Of a stretch of 64,000 bases of DNA, positions 28,801 to 36,941 are shown one piece after another. A program made the position numbers and the translations under genes. Origin of the DNA: a virus. Every line of letters begins with the position of its first letter. Position 1 is the stretch's first letter. Under the pieces are notes generated by a model. The model worked only from the letters and a program-made list of their open reading frames with translations, was not told the DNA's origin and ran no database searches. The stretch lies in IMG/VR virus record IMGVR_UViG_3300030329_003201, positions 9,014 to 73,013 of that record; one strand, 5' to 3'.

Positions 28801-30983
28801 TCTCTTCTGTGACGCGATTTCTGCCTTTCAATAAAGTCGATAATGTTCTGCCCAACATTGGGGGTCAAAACAAAATCGGGATCCTCCATTGCTGCGATTT
28901 GAGCAAGACTTCCTACAACACTTGCCCACTCGGGCGTCCATTGATCTTGGCCCCGAAGAGCAGCGATGAGATCACTAGAAGTGTACTCATCCATATGCAT
29001 CCATCTAAAATGGAGATCTTTTCTGCTGAAGTTAAGCCATGCCTTTCGCAGGTACTCCTGCTTTTGTTCTTCGCTCAAAAAACCCGCAGAGCTAACATTA
29101 GTGCTAACAATACCCCACAAAGTCTTGATCGAATTGGTTCCCCTTGCGTCTTCGATCCCTTGATCAGGGAGAGTATCCAAAAGAACCCAATCAGCAAGTT
29201 CATAAACGGGAGTCGCTAAGGTGGTTGCTAACCTTTGCCCTGCACGAATCGCATCAAAGCCAGCCTCACCGTAGCCAAAAATCCAGTCGGATGCCTTTAC
29301 ACCACGAGGATTTTCAGCCCAAACAGACCTGTCCAATATCGCTTCTGCTGGTGCAAGGAGGGGATCCCACTTAGACAACCCTCTCATAATGTCACTGTCA
29401 GAATAATGGGCTAACGATGCACCCCATGTGGCGTCACCCCCCATGTAGTCCAAATACACTTCGCGAAGACTTTGATCGGGAAGCATATCAAGATGCAGGT
29501 TCTGCATTGCTGTGACAAGGTCATCATCTGAAAACTGAAGCTTGTCTTTAAACTGAATCATTCGAGACAAGGTCTGGTATGCGCCATGCGATTGGTTGTT
29601 TGTAGGCATCCGTATACCAGTAAAGTCGGTATACGATGGACCAACGTCTATCCAATCAGCCCATCGATCGGATTGACGCCTCTTTCCCCAAATAAGGGGC
29701 TTACCCAGATGGCGACCATCGCCAAATTCGCCGCTTGTTGTCCCATCAATGTAGTCTGTAAGCCAGTCGAACTTGCCATCATGGTAAGCCCGTCTTGCTT
29801 CTTCATAGGCCGTAATATACGCCAGAACTTGGTGTCCTCGGTTTTTCCAGCCATGAAATTGGTAAACGTTCGGATTCTCATCGTCGGAGGTCATATCTCT
29901 TAGCAACAACGACAATGTGTGAACGGTCCTAAGCTCGTCTTCACTCATGTGACCCTGCATCTTAGGTATTCTTGTTACCCCGTACTTCTGAAATTCCTTC
30001 GAACCTTCTTCAACATCTCGAAGCCACCACTCTTCACCAAGATCTTCCTCATTTGCATGAGGGCTGCCTTTGTACAGGAAAAGATTAATTCCTGGTGGCA
30101 TCCAAGACTGACGAGTTTGAGCAAACGTATTCCAGTTCCACTTACTAATATTTTTCGGCGCACCCTTTGTGCCAAACACCGATGTTACAAGGCCTGTTAC
30201 GCCGCCATAAATATCACCTAAGAGTGGAATTTCTTTAACTTTTCTGTCTATAGCGTCTGGTGCTTGCCACAGTTCGTTTTTAATAAAAGCGCCTGTGCCT
30301 CGTCGAACATTCGACCAAAGCTCTTTGCGAGTTTCAATAAGATCCGCTTCTTGAAAAGCCTCGCCCTTTTGCATGTGGTGTAGAAATGCGTTCCACCGGC
30401 CCATCTCTTCAATGCTGGCCGCAATGTCTTCGCGAATCTGTTGCTGCCTGTCCCCCTCTGCACGCATCTCATGGCTATCAGGACTCCCAGGCATCTCAAT
30501 CCGAATCGCACCACGATTCAGAACACGAATCTTTAGGAAATTTCGGTTGTCATGAAGCTGCCCCTCTGCCTCAAAAGCCTCTTTTACTTTTTGTTCGATC
30601 TCGCCAGCACCAAGTGTGCTTTGACTGTCTATGAAATCAATGACCTCCTCTCTAATCTCTTCGTCGCTCTTCCCTTCAGCCCTAAGCATTTCTTCGTAGT
30701 TAAGAAGGTTCGTAAACTGTAGGTCAGATAACTCTAACGTGCCATTACTTATCTCTAGCTCAAACACACTAACGTTCTCGCGACGTTCCTCTTCTTCTTC
30801 TTCCTCAAGTTCCTCTTCTGCTTCATCAATTGCACCAGTCAATTCGAGCGTAAGATCGTCAACTTCTGAGGATACGCCAGCGTTGGCTTTAAGGGGCTCT
30901 ATGCTGCCTGTTTCATCGGCCTCTTGAATAGCTCTACGAAGGGCGTCTTCTAACTCTCTTTCTTCGTCAGTTGGCTCAGCCAT
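16869..30983 (-). CDS. Giant (4704 aa) polyvalent ejection protein: zincin peptidase, SH3-like, ADP-ribosyltransferase-like and C-terminal ejection/LPD-type regions
   Basis: FAHEMGH (HExxH); FKSWFKDSKVVDDQGKPLRVFHGS...IYFTDS...PVYLSLKNPL...GYDGII; C-terminal DAMYDYSKLTDWEK...FLFYSY. Confidence 0.85.
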   Translation of the reverse strand: MAEPTDEERELEDALRRAIQEADETGSIEPLKANAGVSSEVDDLTLELTGAIDEAEEELEEEEEEERRENVSVFELEISNGTLELSDLQFTNLLNYEEMLRAEGKSDEEIREEVIDFIDSQSTLGAGEIEQKVKEAFEAEGQLHDNRNFLKIRVLNRGAIRIEMPGSPDSHEMRAEGDRQQQIREDIAASIEEMGRWNAFLHHMQKGEAFQEADLIETRKELWSNVRRGTGAFIKNELWQAPDAIDRKVKEIPLLGDIYGGVTGLVTSVFGTKGAPKNISKWNWNTFAQTRQSWMPPGINLFLYKGSPHANEEDLGEEWWLRDVEEGSKEFQKYGVTRIPKMQGHMSEDELRTVHTLSLLLRDMTSDDENPNVYQFHGWKNRGHQVLAYITAYEEARRAYHDGKFDWLTDYIDGTTSGEFGDGRHLGKPLIWGKRRQSDRWADWIDVGPSYTDFTGIRMPTNNQSHGAYQTLSRMIQFKDKLQFSDDDLVTAMQNLHLDMLPDQSLREVYLDYMGGDATWGASLAHYSDSDIMRGLSKWDPLLAPAEAILDRSVWAENPRGVKASDWIFGYGEAGFDAIRAGQRLATTLATPVYELADWVLLDTLPDQGIEDARGTNSIKTLWGIVSTNVSSAGFLSEEQKQEYLRKAWLNFSRKDLHFRWMHMDEYTSSDLIAALRGQDQWTPEWASVVGSLAQIAAMEDPDFVLTPNVGQNIIDFIERQKSRHRREGVEDHEIPRLRGLFDVLNKAPLGYLPAPLLERVDRTNEKITMSVNAWRGAHTRLFGHGRSTAAGIGTDLFVDKRFDVDQEGNPVFWHQESELIYRMRIFGAVAEFGATAIQRYGLDPLGEVITLGAYDRPGRPAAFTDEYLYKLHPEAEDWGLQGALAQWGVGLGADPDGKFVQSLRGIGFAGDIFIPWETGMIKGGFRVGASPFRYAASARRMPGASFGTHARYAWSPKWAWNDVAPQVTPAQRQARAQEIFDANANALLAEKMDAQTAKIGGPTPVMTVDDLSQSEVNRLWRTTRRSLEREFRQSSNYSPRQARGDVRRARGIEGDEGSLRFGRPKDINAPFPGVAATWGEMALRVYEDNIAKGRNPFHGLPKSHWKEIYDSLEVVGLPVETVRRIIHATAEKRGRTFVSRLGLHASKYFEGLDKLQESEVYKRIQTRLEDMAEKGTLKGADEGLDAIKVQMKLVERLYFAALSKTGSVEDALEVLAGFEAKQFGIRYGDDLKGIEIEDSLLKAFGLKFDPISGPRFIDIDVADELVDQLKLSDDEGWRLAGIRSVASIDLEGKLLEDLTADQLVMIASKIADPKVAHQIVSTVLLRRLIKAIADNDDAAVSKIRAALTKYTSTMKAESGFTKKIKTLRDNIAKAQAEIKRTTKSTSPEVTPGFGKQALLSKLDDLREAGLPEDVYVFLYAMVHSLPSRVLRDIKLDDWIDTSHRGIEGPEGSFGGSKVVTLEGIDKKFPGDRVYSLMMLFDQEGRIAGSLDPMRLLENEKLRALTFEELINRLNDGDISVLEGVTFPQLVRKMAHSMLEDGVNLREKKFVEALIKNRDALRGGTNIDASIKGFVVDFIDDAAEGLAPVEAAEGWVANRIDAHAEALQTTDLMTYTFAHEMGHAIMTSFLSDTEVANLRRVYFDELKRTGLVEETSYTRWNLENQGKNVGFYEWYAEKFAEYVVYNKMPEVISRSDFAPSVRKIFNRLILRLKKLFRAMNRKNPRAFEDFHPMFRHHIERLFEGKASELSDASEINRRRLQSWNALDVGPDHLDNLARPIDDVIEELRRLDDELPGKFAEDLEAPVRVDDAPFGARETEPSFEGVRQRQVDALPKLEKTKYRPDADADVIDRHARLAARSDYVLGSEKSKHAVFTPFEETWDAVTGYDRPEGGGYRFSADANARGDDWKSAYIEEYESLIRGYDAKRAELDEPDFNIGDRVNYVVTSIVDGEKVESVVDGYVANVFLPGSSKFDEGYRYRVRTIVEAGRYPQTFMVDDADIAKMSGSSTEPVRSRGREMYGPPAPLPDRTVAPPTSSAEFKSWFKDSKVVDDQGKPLRVFHGSPFSFEEFQPGNVEGYFGSSIYFTDSIYDLTQHYAFSSLDPRFMEKGTEWFKAFNEHKSNLRVEFDGFTDADIINAAKDFINSGDVSKLTDAQQSRLAKAIDDGDASGVRKVYRDLIVDFIAKVEFETDGAMQAYPVYLSLKNPLILDQYGKMKDAAHSFRWADDGTGESLMDAIDVVAARLEKEGVVVDELERTKKFILDGRKTKNGVTQIEAWEFWDRMVNKRFNSWGPEGNRYQNEFARQVVEQMGYDGIIANAHLFFAERYDPQTRQWTPGQRLPKDDTHYMVFEPAQAKSVNNKGTWAPTDRRMMYGPPAPTRPEPLSQPDRQALDARRLVGPKRFAEQLLDQMDQAEEVAGGTPHQTVDDYINKGLSAQVSLSQLSAHQVNRIRESLGTASELVDVSRSIKVKAKVDGVDQPVSLTIDVVPMTKDLKPALIPGGLDGAFSFHDLTYLSMRPVELNYARLPEPSLPDVEITVDGQTRNISWSDITNPQEIINKYIDEYDSIIGGLYDKKQKSADVDSLRPNPAEYFDGEGNLIPSKRLEYQQRLDLYLTALASRSMHSLLDPTSRVFENQVFTAVTQPRSIRELYEMGDRYMTALSNKGSNLTRNEILYIMRFYAQATERFKNPYRGALVSLNVAPELLDTIKARDWQKPSAPIIDIDTIEMSQVGAGRILDNRKWLLLRESELVDMLEVVESPELRQRLLSDLENVRTERIRVDAIAVTPSPIALAQHLAESSDSIGMTADNSVMKTLTLMTSDFNDVVKGNKKYSWFERHPNETWLDFSDRFVALTRGLAPDAPVITGKKIDDFYGVGKPGHEDALQWFFEWKHVNAKADYNRIVFDVMQTKQFSDLRSRFEAGEIDRAGFDHVFKKAVERRRTSIFQQRADVEFDSWMSDPETRPYLVERANAFAAMPELVDLFPSEVRNAMGNARRIDSSLVQKQINKVKSRYNNNPKRLESLNKTLEAHKTIEGWIKTFGRNDSMLNLLIRSIESGRMSNIARLDSNYRRLVGDVSTELHKPAMAQTERMADTLEGQFASDAFSHPGASFLPNMRTLAFDAALDSVLDANPWLKQAQARDELAGNGRTASASIGPASRGVYPKTIVDSDDVSKPGSAGRAFKSRGRVMYGPPSSPFKPLRDFSPDDFDAAALHTKSFFETGDVRHLFAESGKMLASLMVDEFDDVAEFMYRNFDSEVLPDGTRRLTTKGWDELGSSFAYYFSTKHAQDGPTHNFFRKIIYALHRMWRMIRADRVDELSPEAVAFFDEQLDVGIDISERAKADVLNDRELKNFYTVRLTTKRGLGGEVAQAGKRREAARIEARRSQLQRILNISDDTTEVNAVDVVGLAVRHVYAEAARKKWGAEKVVRLTTRTIVPVIRAERIRERVANKMLSVFGNPQRLADSKRVMKLQQRMSDEVGSWLRDPETGKIRTETVFDDATGRPVEIPVFDLNRQQQSRVRVLVQELGAHPLARDTVPKWMFEADADFSVISVVEYNKLHESITDMEAGVGSTRSRLTESVSPNLVKRTWATIVDAGEEVPFLGAMISGFRKRFKVFEPFEVAGVLEGDSSKRYWSRTGYVTPELVEAKKLMDQEIDDIPHWLMRVQLRLQKEGSKGSILEVVQSLTRMLTPPLDVRNADQVWRLKDSFSKVGSDPITLQKLESKLDAITGLFAASGRMTDGERAAIIALRDLIDDAIQQDVVELSKHQVNGLRDSIDIIERGLHDRYNLLDQRVTDIVECISGSAAQAKAALSVMDDATKSRLYSSFYGNDWPDLFEWAQKHGLETGTRPDVLPAYDARHAAIQLIVRMRAREIQAKFVDKLVEIGITARTDDLVSQYANGKDATRFMERVKHYINMELRPGGAAIVRDAEGNIIQAPSGFREGRRGDIDEVVRPAEPGAAADGDPIYPRQDWDDDTRRIPYLDLKAPEGAQQTHTIHDMAAYTAAHEILNAWGFKFGSATEDWVDWVAPDGSRTLVPPMVLDELNAAIDRVSGQGAFGKGAKGRVAEAFEKRGKRGEDVATELGREFLFGDEALDPELRLKPGVAAKILIADTLDYTLRLYGFTYSMLRQGVTVGIGQPNVHYYQGITVGSLFQIYQKSGLGLKVGADGVRIEGGLIGALAHPRLSGILSARLWGDGPNINSVSSARALVCKDGRIFTTEMLLDAMKLYKLNTSFVKSGNASHMLRDLEKNEAAWHKIVAEAPGQAQRLLVETATSIDNYFRSGVFVDELYNGRSMAEAAKTATDAMYDYSKLTDWEKQVLRRGFLFYSYTRNNLNLFYDTLVTNPHRLMAQIRMMRGLNQQNTEGSSILMEDDYTSQRLSVLFRNAHANKSIYQGVRFLAAPVPLMDAINLHREIGAFISGGFNRNASKEERENGLRFLARLNPLLQQPLVYMFDEEIFRTRGLAGDVIPTSIVELDIYMTGGLFVLDFLDATPVPITNELKKEYPSQTEVWVAQNPRNYWLWKNALQMPVPVIDIPGETWVSKIPKIGQALDQTVPSLIIRSIPQIPSAIKERRFGIIPSGRSADSWVQFDRADVGYVETVLYLANKMREYREHHGYIEEDLFGPTTPDKNLYDKIEDSSYWTRGVGPRPEIGLEGERLGVFFRPRLVKTPEAKEVELTERLLWEEKQRAKEIKPPRER

Positions 30984-30992
30984 CGTAATCCC

Positions 30993-33581
30993 CTAAAGCA
31001 TTCCATTCTCTAACAGGTTTTCATCAGAAGGCGGTCTTGACTCAATCAATGGTTTACGCCTGAATGCCTTTGGGTTTACCCCTGGTTCTGGTTCTGGTTC
31101 AAAGGTAAACCAAAATGAGTTATCGTCGGTATCAGCACCCTCGCTAAGCTGATTCCACGTCCGATTTAACTGGGTGTGCATCAGTCGATGGATGTCCAGG
31201 TTCCCCCGAAGAGTTGCTTCCTCTTCTTCTGATAAACCACCAGCATCTAGTTGCTCTTCTATTCGTCGGGTTGCTTGGGCCTCTTCCTCCACCATTCGAT
31301 AAACGCTTGCAGCCCGTGTGGGCTTGTACCCTGGTGGAAGATCTTTTGCATCCGTGGCAAGATGTCGCGCCCTCGCATCATCTCGTTGAGGCGGAGGCGC
31401 GGTCAAAGCTGCTTCAGCTTCGTCTTGCGTCCCTTCAAACACATCGGAAACCTCGCCATCACCAGGAAGTGGTCGGCTTCCAACTTGTTCATACGATTCG
31501 GCAATGCCTCCAATGACTCCGGCTGCTTCTTTTGCCTCATTAAGTTCGCGAATAAGAGAGTCCTCGTTAAGAGTTGCTTCTCTTAGTTCGCGCTGCAACG
31601 ACTGCTGAACTCCGGGCTGGCCCGCTGACTCCTCAAGCTCTTTTTTCAAAGATGAAATGTTTCTGCTTTCAGCCTGGTGCTTTAGTTCCGTAAGAAAAAC
31701 AAGGTTGTCCGCAAAGCTCTTGCGAGCAGCAAACGACATGACTCGCCAAGCCATCAACGGATCTCTAAGCAGGCCTATATTTTCTAACTCTTCACGAAAG
31801 GCAGTTAGCCGCGCAATGGCTCCTTCTCTTACGTCGTTGTACTGAGTCGCATCGCCTTGCAGTATTTCAAATCGAGAAAGCAAATTATCAAGACCGGCAA
31901 CCGTATCTTGAATGCCTGCGCCAGCGCCAGTACCAGGAAGACCAAGCTTAGACTTGATGAAGCTTGGAATCTCGACCTGTTCGGCAGCTTGCTCAACTTG
32001 TCGGCGCTCACGATTGATTATCTCTTCCTCTACCAACGGTTCGGCCTGAGATGCGCTAACGTTGCGTAAGTCATCCATGAACTGATTCATGTCGCCAGTT
32101 TGATCAAGCGTTGCAAGCGAGCGCTCGATAGAGTTTGCGATACGAGCCCCAACTGGATTGCCGCTTTCTTTTAGCTCACTAATCTTTTTCGAAAGCTCAT
32201 TCCACGGAAGCCCTTCCCCGCTGTTCACATCCTGTTCAAACTTTGCGAGGAAGTCCCTAATGCCACGAGCACTCTCGGTGTCACCGTAGGTCAAATCAGC
32301 AAGCACTGTTGGTTGGGCAGCTTCTTCCGCGATAGCCGTCTCCTCTAAAACTCCCTCTGCACGTTCGGGAGAAATTGGGCCAGTAATGCCGGGAGGTGGC
32401 GGCCACTGATTGTTGATGGCCCATTGAAGAGCATCCTGAGGGCTCTCATGATCACCAAGAACGTCAAACATTTCATTTATTTGTCGCTGACCTGACGGCG
32501 TTTCCATTGCCCCAGCAATCGTATTGGAAAGCGCTTCCACCCATGGTGGTGCTATTGTGAATGGATTGTCGGTAATCCAATTTTGGGCAAATGCCCCATT
32601 GCCCAAATCAAGAAGCCCGCCTGTCGATCCAAGGCGTTCTCTCTTATCCTCGACTTTTTGGATCTCACGATCAAGATCGTTGATTCTTTCCTGTAGCGTA
32701 TCGTACTGTCTTTTCAGTGGATCCCTAGAACCTTTAGCAAAGATTCTAACGAAAGCCTGCCGATCTTGTGGAGAGCCCTGTAGCAGGTTTTGTGGCGCAC
32801 CTTTTCTATACTCGTCTCGTCGTCGTCTTACTTCATCTTTGTATCTCTGATCACCAGAGCCCCTGCTGCTGTCCAAATAGTTCTCATACCTAAGGTCATC
32901 TAACGACTTATTTCTAAGCTCTGCACTGTGGTGTCTTAGCAGTTCGTCGTACCACATGTCTGCAAACTCACGACCGCCTCGGCTGTCAGACAACTTCTTG
33001 TACATCAAATCTATTGCAGCAGCGCCTTCTGGGGTTGTCAGATTGGCGACACCTGTTGCGATTGAACTCTTAAAAGTCCTGGCAAGACTCCTTGCCTCTG
33101 ATTGGCCAAAATTTCTCTGTTGCCCCAGTCGATTAATCGCTGCCCGCATCCTCAATTCAATTCTGTCACTGCCAAAAATCTTCTGGTGATCCTCAAGAGC
33201 CTTTCGATATTCGTCGTTCTCATCCTTTTCCATCGCAATGTTGGCTTCTGTATTCATCTCCGCCATCCGCTCTTGATGGCGCACGGCGGCATCGCTTGCA
33301 CTCTCAGAAGACCGTCTGAGGGATCGCGTTCTGGAGTCTTCGCTTCGCTGTGCAGTAACAACAAGAAGACTCTGCTCTCGGATGAGTTCATTTTTCTGCT
33401 TCGTAAGATCTCGATACAGACGCTGGAGTTCTCGCTGATCATAGTTCTGCTGCTTGAGCGCTTGCTCAATTTGCAGCCACTTCATCTTGTCTCGATAACC
33501 AACAAAGGTTTTAAAAAACCTACCGAATGCAGTCTCTTTTGGAGCGGGAATGAGATCGAATAAACCTTGATACTTAGGCAT
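30993..33581 (-). CDS. Internal virion/ejection protein
   Basis: 862-aa helical coiled-coil protein directly upstream of the giant gene. Confidence 0.6.
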   Translation of the reverse strand: MPKYQGLFDLIPAPKETAFGRFFKTFVGYRDKMKWLQIEQALKQQNYDQRELQRLYRDLTKQKNELIREQSLLVVTAQRSEDSRTRSLRRSSESASDAAVRHQERMAEMNTEANIAMEKDENDEYRKALEDHQKIFGSDRIELRMRAAINRLGQQRNFGQSEARSLARTFKSSIATGVANLTTPEGAAAIDLMYKKLSDSRGGREFADMWYDELLRHHSAELRNKSLDDLRYENYLDSSRGSGDQRYKDEVRRRRDEYRKGAPQNLLQGSPQDRQAFVRIFAKGSRDPLKRQYDTLQERINDLDREIQKVEDKRERLGSTGGLLDLGNGAFAQNWITDNPFTIAPPWVEALSNTIAGAMETPSGQRQINEMFDVLGDHESPQDALQWAINNQWPPPPGITGPISPERAEGVLEETAIAEEAAQPTVLADLTYGDTESARGIRDFLAKFEQDVNSGEGLPWNELSKKISELKESGNPVGARIANSIERSLATLDQTGDMNQFMDDLRNVSASQAEPLVEEEIINRERRQVEQAAEQVEIPSFIKSKLGLPGTGAGAGIQDTVAGLDNLLSRFEILQGDATQYNDVREGAIARLTAFREELENIGLLRDPLMAWRVMSFAARKSFADNLVFLTELKHQAESRNISSLKKELEESAGQPGVQQSLQRELREATLNEDSLIRELNEAKEAAGVIGGIAESYEQVGSRPLPGDGEVSDVFEGTQDEAEAALTAPPPQRDDARARHLATDAKDLPPGYKPTRAASVYRMVEEEAQATRRIEEQLDAGGLSEEEEATLRGNLDIHRLMHTQLNRTWNQLSEGADTDDNSFWFTFEPEPEPGVNPKAFRRKPLIESRPPSDENLLENGML

Positions 33582-35119
33582 TAGCGTGCTCCCTCGATGT
33601 AATCTTCTACCTGATCATCTCCCCAGATTTTACCATCAGGGCTTTTAATGTAGCTCCTAACTTCACCGCCAATGATCTGCTCCGAAACAAACCAACCAGG
33701 CGTGGTCTGACTTGGAGTCCAAGGCCCCATTTGCTCCAGCGACGATAAACTTTGACGGTCTGCTGGAGTTATCTTTTGCAACTCTTCAACTTCAATGGGC
33801 ATGGTAGGGTCTATTGTAGTCCACCCTTCAGGGCGCTGTCCCCCGTCACCCCAATGAGGTTCATTTGGGAAATCAGGATTTCCTCCCCACATTTCTTGCG
33901 GCACTTCAACCATGCGACCTCTGGGGGTTTCGTTTTGGTTTGCCGGAGCAGCCGTCCCCTGCGCTGGGGCCGACTCCGTTGCAGGGGTAGCTGCCCCGGC
34001 TGGGTTCGTAGCTAAAGCCCTGTTCAACAAATCGAACACGGCCTGCTTGTCTCCGCGCTCTGAGGCGGCTTGAATCGCAGCCCAAGTCTTTCTTCGCACC
34101 TCAGGATCTTGGATCTTGTTCAACTGTGGAGCCACCTGCTCAAGAGCTTCACCTGCGGCTTTTCTGCCCTGCTGGACGGCAAGATCTCCAATGAACGTAT
34201 CGACGAAACCGACGCCCTCTTTGAGGGCATCATTGAGGGTGGCCGCAGCTTCCCTTCCAAGCGTTGTGTCGTCCTTGATTCCTTTTTCGCGTTCACTCGC
34301 AACAAATTGAGCAGCTTTTACGGAGCTATCCATAAGAGACTTGGCCCCTGCACGCATAATCTGGCCAATATCGTTTGCAGACATACCGCCTGCATTGCCT
34401 ATGGCCGTTACCATGTTTCTCATTGCAGTAGCATGGTCACGGAACAACGCTGGATATACCAGTCCCTCAGCGGCTTCCATCCGATCACGCCCTAGCGCAT
34501 TCGCATCTCTCTTTTCTTTATATGCTTGCCATTCAGCAAAGGACTCTCGAAAAGCTGGGCTGGCCATTAAGCCCACCCCCCAAGCAGCGCCCTGAATCGC
34601 GGTTCCACCAGCGGCGGTGCGAAAAAACTTAGCGGTTTGTTGCCACCTTGCTTCAGCGTCTCTTTCTTCTGGGGTCTGTCCCTGCTCCTCGGGAGCGGTC
34701 ATTGGATCACCAACAGCAGCAACACCTTCGTCTTCCCGTACTCCCGTCTCAGCATCTTCGATAGGCACTCGACCACGGAGAAGTCTACGCTGTTGTTGGG
34801 CTTCTTTTAGCTTCCCTTGGGCTTGGACCGAAGGGTCTGAAGCTTCAACACCAGGGCGTCGTTCTTGCTCTCTTGCCCGCGCTGCAACACTAGGATCAAC
34901 AGCTTCGGGTCGATCTTGAACTAGGCTAGTTTCAGGTTTTTTAAGTGTTACCGAACCACTCTCGATCTCATCTTCAAGAATGTCAAGAGCCTCAGGAGGC
35001 TCCCCTTCACCTGACTCAGCCCACGCCAGCGCAGCCCTGTGCTCTTCTGGTGTCAGGGTGCCTCGTCCTGTATGTTGTTGTTCACGAATAAACTCAATGG
35101 GTGTAACTGCGTTAGACAT
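33581..35119 (-). CDS. Internal virion/ejection protein
   Basis: Ala-rich helical, 512 aa, in the ejectosome position. Confidence 0.55.
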   Translation of the reverse strand: MSNAVTPIEFIREQQHTGRGTLTPEEHRAALAWAESGEGEPPEALDILEDEIESGSVTLKKPETSLVQDRPEAVDPSVAARAREQERRPGVEASDPSVQAQGKLKEAQQQRRLLRGRVPIEDAETGVREDEGVAAVGDPMTAPEEQGQTPEERDAEARWQQTAKFFRTAAGGTAIQGAAWGVGLMASPAFRESFAEWQAYKEKRDANALGRDRMEAAEGLVYPALFRDHATAMRNMVTAIGNAGGMSANDIGQIMRAGAKSLMDSSVKAAQFVASEREKGIKDDTTLGREAAATLNDALKEGVGFVDTFIGDLAVQQGRKAAGEALEQVAPQLNKIQDPEVRRKTWAAIQAASERGDKQAVFDLLNRALATNPAGAATPATESAPAQGTAAPANQNETPRGRMVEVPQEMWGGNPDFPNEPHWGDGGQRPEGWTTIDPTMPIEVEELQKITPADRQSLSSLEQMGPWTPSQTTPGWFVSEQIIGGEVRSYIKSPDGKIWGDDQVEDYIEGAR

Positions 35120-35128
35120 TTCTTTCCC

Positions 35129-35488
35129 TTAGTAGCCTTGCGTGTTTTGTCGCCAAGAAAAATAATCTGAGGAGGAAGCTCCTCCACCTTGAACCGGCAT
35201 ACTTGCTTCTAATACTTTTGAATCAGACGGCGCTGCCCCTCGCGCGACTTTCGCCGCATCCTCTCGCGCGTCCATGGCTTCTTTCTCCGCCTCTTCTTCC
35301 TCAACGGCGGCCTTCCCCGCGATAAGGCCTTTGGTGCCACCAACAACTAAACCCAAAGTCGCGCCAATTGCAGTGCCAAGACCCGGCGCTATTGCCGTAC
35401 CCATTGCCGCCCATTTTGCGCTTGCTTCTAAGGCTTCGAGCCCAGCATCTGCCGCAATGTCTTTTTTCTGGTCTGAGGTGTAAGCCAT
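35129..35488 (-). CDS. Small ejection protein with glycine-zipper segment
   Basis: GTAIAPGLGTAIGATLGLVVGG. Confidence 0.6.
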   Translation of the reverse strand: MAYTSDQKKDIAADAGLEALEASAKWAAMGTAIAPGLGTAIGATLGLVVGGTKGLIAGKAAVEEEEAEKEAMDAREDAAKVARGAAPSDSKVLEASMPVQGGGASSSDYFSWRQNTQGY

Positions 35489-35539
35489 AGGCCCTCCGTC
35501 TCACGGTCTATTCTATAAGACGAAAGCCATAAAGTCTCA

Positions 35540-36199
35540 TCAAGATCTATTAGAGAAGATATTCCAGTTGCTTCCGTTAGATACAATGATGACCGCGTCG
35601 TATTGTGAACCATACGATTTTGTTGTGCTTCCGTTTATTGTTTGAGATGCTGCGCCATCAAGAATCATATTGTTTGCAGCAAGAGTTTTATTGAAACCAA
35701 GCATTAAGCCCTTGCATGTCGTGGCGCTTGGAAGGGTAATCGTTACGTCGCCGCTGTTAGTTACAACGTTGTAGAACGTTGACTGGGTGGAAGTGATCGT
35801 CACATCAGCGTTGATGGTTGTCATTCCAAACTCTACGGTTCTAACCTTGAGAGAATGTAGAAGCGCACGAACGCCAGGTTGAATCGCGCCCGAAGCAAGG
35901 GCAGCGGCGCGTTCGATCTTTATTGCTAGCGCACCTTCAAGATCATCGATCTGCTGTTGGAATCTAAACGCCACTCCGTTTGCTGCGTGCTCCGCAAGAT
36001 CTTTTGCGGTTTGAATCTTTTGGCGAAGAGCTTCTGTAATAGAGCTTTCAGAAACAGACTGGCTTGTAGCCGTAGCAGAAGTAACTGCAATCGTTAGGTT
36101 TTTTATCTTTGACGCATCGATGGCTTCGTCTGGAATTTCCGACCAATTAACCTGGGTTCTTTCTTTTACGGACCTGCCACCACGAAATGCCATGATCAA
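35540..36199 (-). CDS. Tail fibre-like protein
   Basis: VTITLPSA...QTINGSTT...QYDAVIIVSNGSNW C-terminal module. Confidence 0.7.
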   Translation of the reverse strand: MIMAFRGGRSVKERTQVNWSEIPDEAIDASKIKNLTIAVTSATATSQSVSESSITEALRQKIQTAKDLAEHAANGVAFRFQQQIDDLEGALAIKIERAAALASGAIQPGVRALLHSLKVRTVEFGMTTINADVTITSTQSTFYNVVTNSGDVTITLPSATTCKGLMLGFNKTLAANNMILDGAASQTINGSTTKSYGSQYDAVIIVSNGSNWNIFSNRS

Positions 36200-36939
36200 C
36201 TCGACGGATGAATATCTACAATAAAGCTGCGATTAGAAACCTGAATATTACGCACTTGGCCTGGACTGTTGCTGTCGGTCTTGGAAATATCGATACGCAT
36301 TCCAAATGTATAGATCCCAGGAGCAACGTCTTTTACTCGATAAGCAATGCTGTATTGTTTTCCAGAACCAACCATCCAATCAAAGATGCCGCCACGTCCA
36401 TTCGTGTGAACGGCGTCATTGTCCATCAATGACGTATACACCCTTCTAAAGGTGCCCTCGTAGTCCGTCATTGTGGTTCCAGTAAGACTTGAAAGATTGA
36501 AAGATGCACAGTGAAAGTTATCAAACTCGGAATCATCACCATTACCATGAGTGGTTTCTTTGTTCTTGTTTTCAAACTCTCTTGCGAACCAGCTTGCAAT
36601 AATAAAAACGTCGCTCGTAGATTCAATCTTTACAGTTGCAGTCAGTCCGGGCACCCATGTTTTTTCCTTTGCTGCCTGTTTATTGAAATAAGCAGCCCTG
36701 GCTGTGTCCGATGGGTGCATCCTCCAATGGGTTTGTGCTGACGTAAAATCAGATCGTGGGTCTGGGCTTAGGAAAAAGTCAGGCCCATAGATCTGAGTTC
36801 GCTCTACCCAGCTACCTGATGCCAGGTCAGCAGAAACAACGCCTCCATTGATAGCGGTTCTTGCATTATCTAGGGGAGTCTTTAGTCCCGCAGCAGTAAT
36901 CACCGTGTTGTTTACAAAGTGTGACTTAGTGTACGCCAT
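36196..36939 (-). CDS. Tail protein
   Basis: N-terminal FVNNTVITA attachment-like motif; overlapping stop/start. Confidence 0.6.
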   Translation of the reverse strand: MAYTKSHFVNNTVITAAGLKTPLDNARTAINGGVVSADLASGSWVERTQIYGPDFFLSPDPRSDFTSAQTHWRMHPSDTARAAYFNKQAAKEKTWVPGLTATVKIESTSDVFIIASWFAREFENKNKETTHGNGDDSEFDNFHCASFNLSSLTGTTMTDYEGTFRRVYTSLMDNDAVHTNGRGGIFDWMVGSGKQYSIAYRVKDVAPGIYTFGMRIDISKTDSNSPGQVRNIQVSNRSFIVDIHPSS

Positions 36940-36941
36940 GA